Source of the DNA: Nemertoderma westbladi
Lineage: Eukaryota; Animalia; Xenacoelomorpha
Assembly (NCBI GenBank): GCA_032718475.1
Contig: JAUCBJ010000347.1
Coordinates: forward strand, 1-64,000
Direction: 5' to 3'
DNA: 64,000 nt
Shown piece after piece: positions 63,542 through 64,000 of the stretch. Under the pieces are notes generated by a model. It was not told where the DNA came from. It saw nothing but the letters and a program-made list of their open reading frames with translations, and made no database searches. A program made the position numbers and the translations under genes. Every line of letters starts with the position of its first letter. Within the stretch, counting starts at the first letter, position 1.

Positions 63542-64000
63542 GGGGGGGGGGGGGGGGGGGGTCACACCATTTTCGGACAACTCTTAGATTTCGCTACAGT
63601 GATACACACAGTGATAGACTCGAAGCACTATTACTGTCTCTCCACATAACATATCCCATGTGCCGAGACCAAGATGCCCATTAATTATATTTGCCTTAAC
63701 AGTTCAATCCCAATTTATGTATTTATAAGCGCCGACATCGTATGGGGTTTGGAAGTGGTGTTTTCTTAAACCCCATAAGGTCTCAGTTCTAGAGTTACTT
63801 AAACTATATAGCAAGTCGCTCTGATTGGCCCTCTCTTCTGCGTGAATTACATTGCCATTATTGCGGAGACTGAATGGGGTTTGTAAATATGTTCGTAGTT
63901 TATGATATAACGTATGTTAATGATAAGTTTAGTATCAATTCGAAAGAATTACAAACATCATATAACTTCCCATGATTGAAATTTACCACCTTACGGAAAA

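Overview
AT-rich invertebrate (metazoan) nuclear DNA, not prokaryotic. Three intron-containing protein genes can be spliced by hand with consistent reading phases: a 22-exon vitellogenin (+, 12368-33480, ~1533 aa, no polyserine/phosvitin block), a convergent 5-exon secreted CAP/SCP protein with four ShKT domains and a GPI-like tail (-, 50011-36491, ~422 aa), and LSm6 (+, 57757-58363). An intact tRNA-Arg(CCG) lies antisense in a CAP-gene intron. The rest is rich in transposons: an internally deleted BEL/Pao element, three CRE-type non-LTR remnants, RTE and other LINE fragments, non-autonomous Harbinger, Tc1/pogo-like and hAT elements with TIRs and TSDs, an IS3EU-like integrase remnant, a tRNA-SINE, and three large intronic minisatellites (43, 28 and 59 bp units). 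The most unusual signal is a dispersed non-coding element in two near-identical copies on the minus strand (59174-59553 and 51806-52379). In it, a tRNA-derived Pol III promoter runs directly into a perfect minimal type I hammerhead ribozyme, and the pair is enclosed by a 23-bp inverted repeat. It is a candidate self-cleaving SINE/retrozyme-like family. All calls come from reading the sequence by eye; no database searches or folding programs were run.
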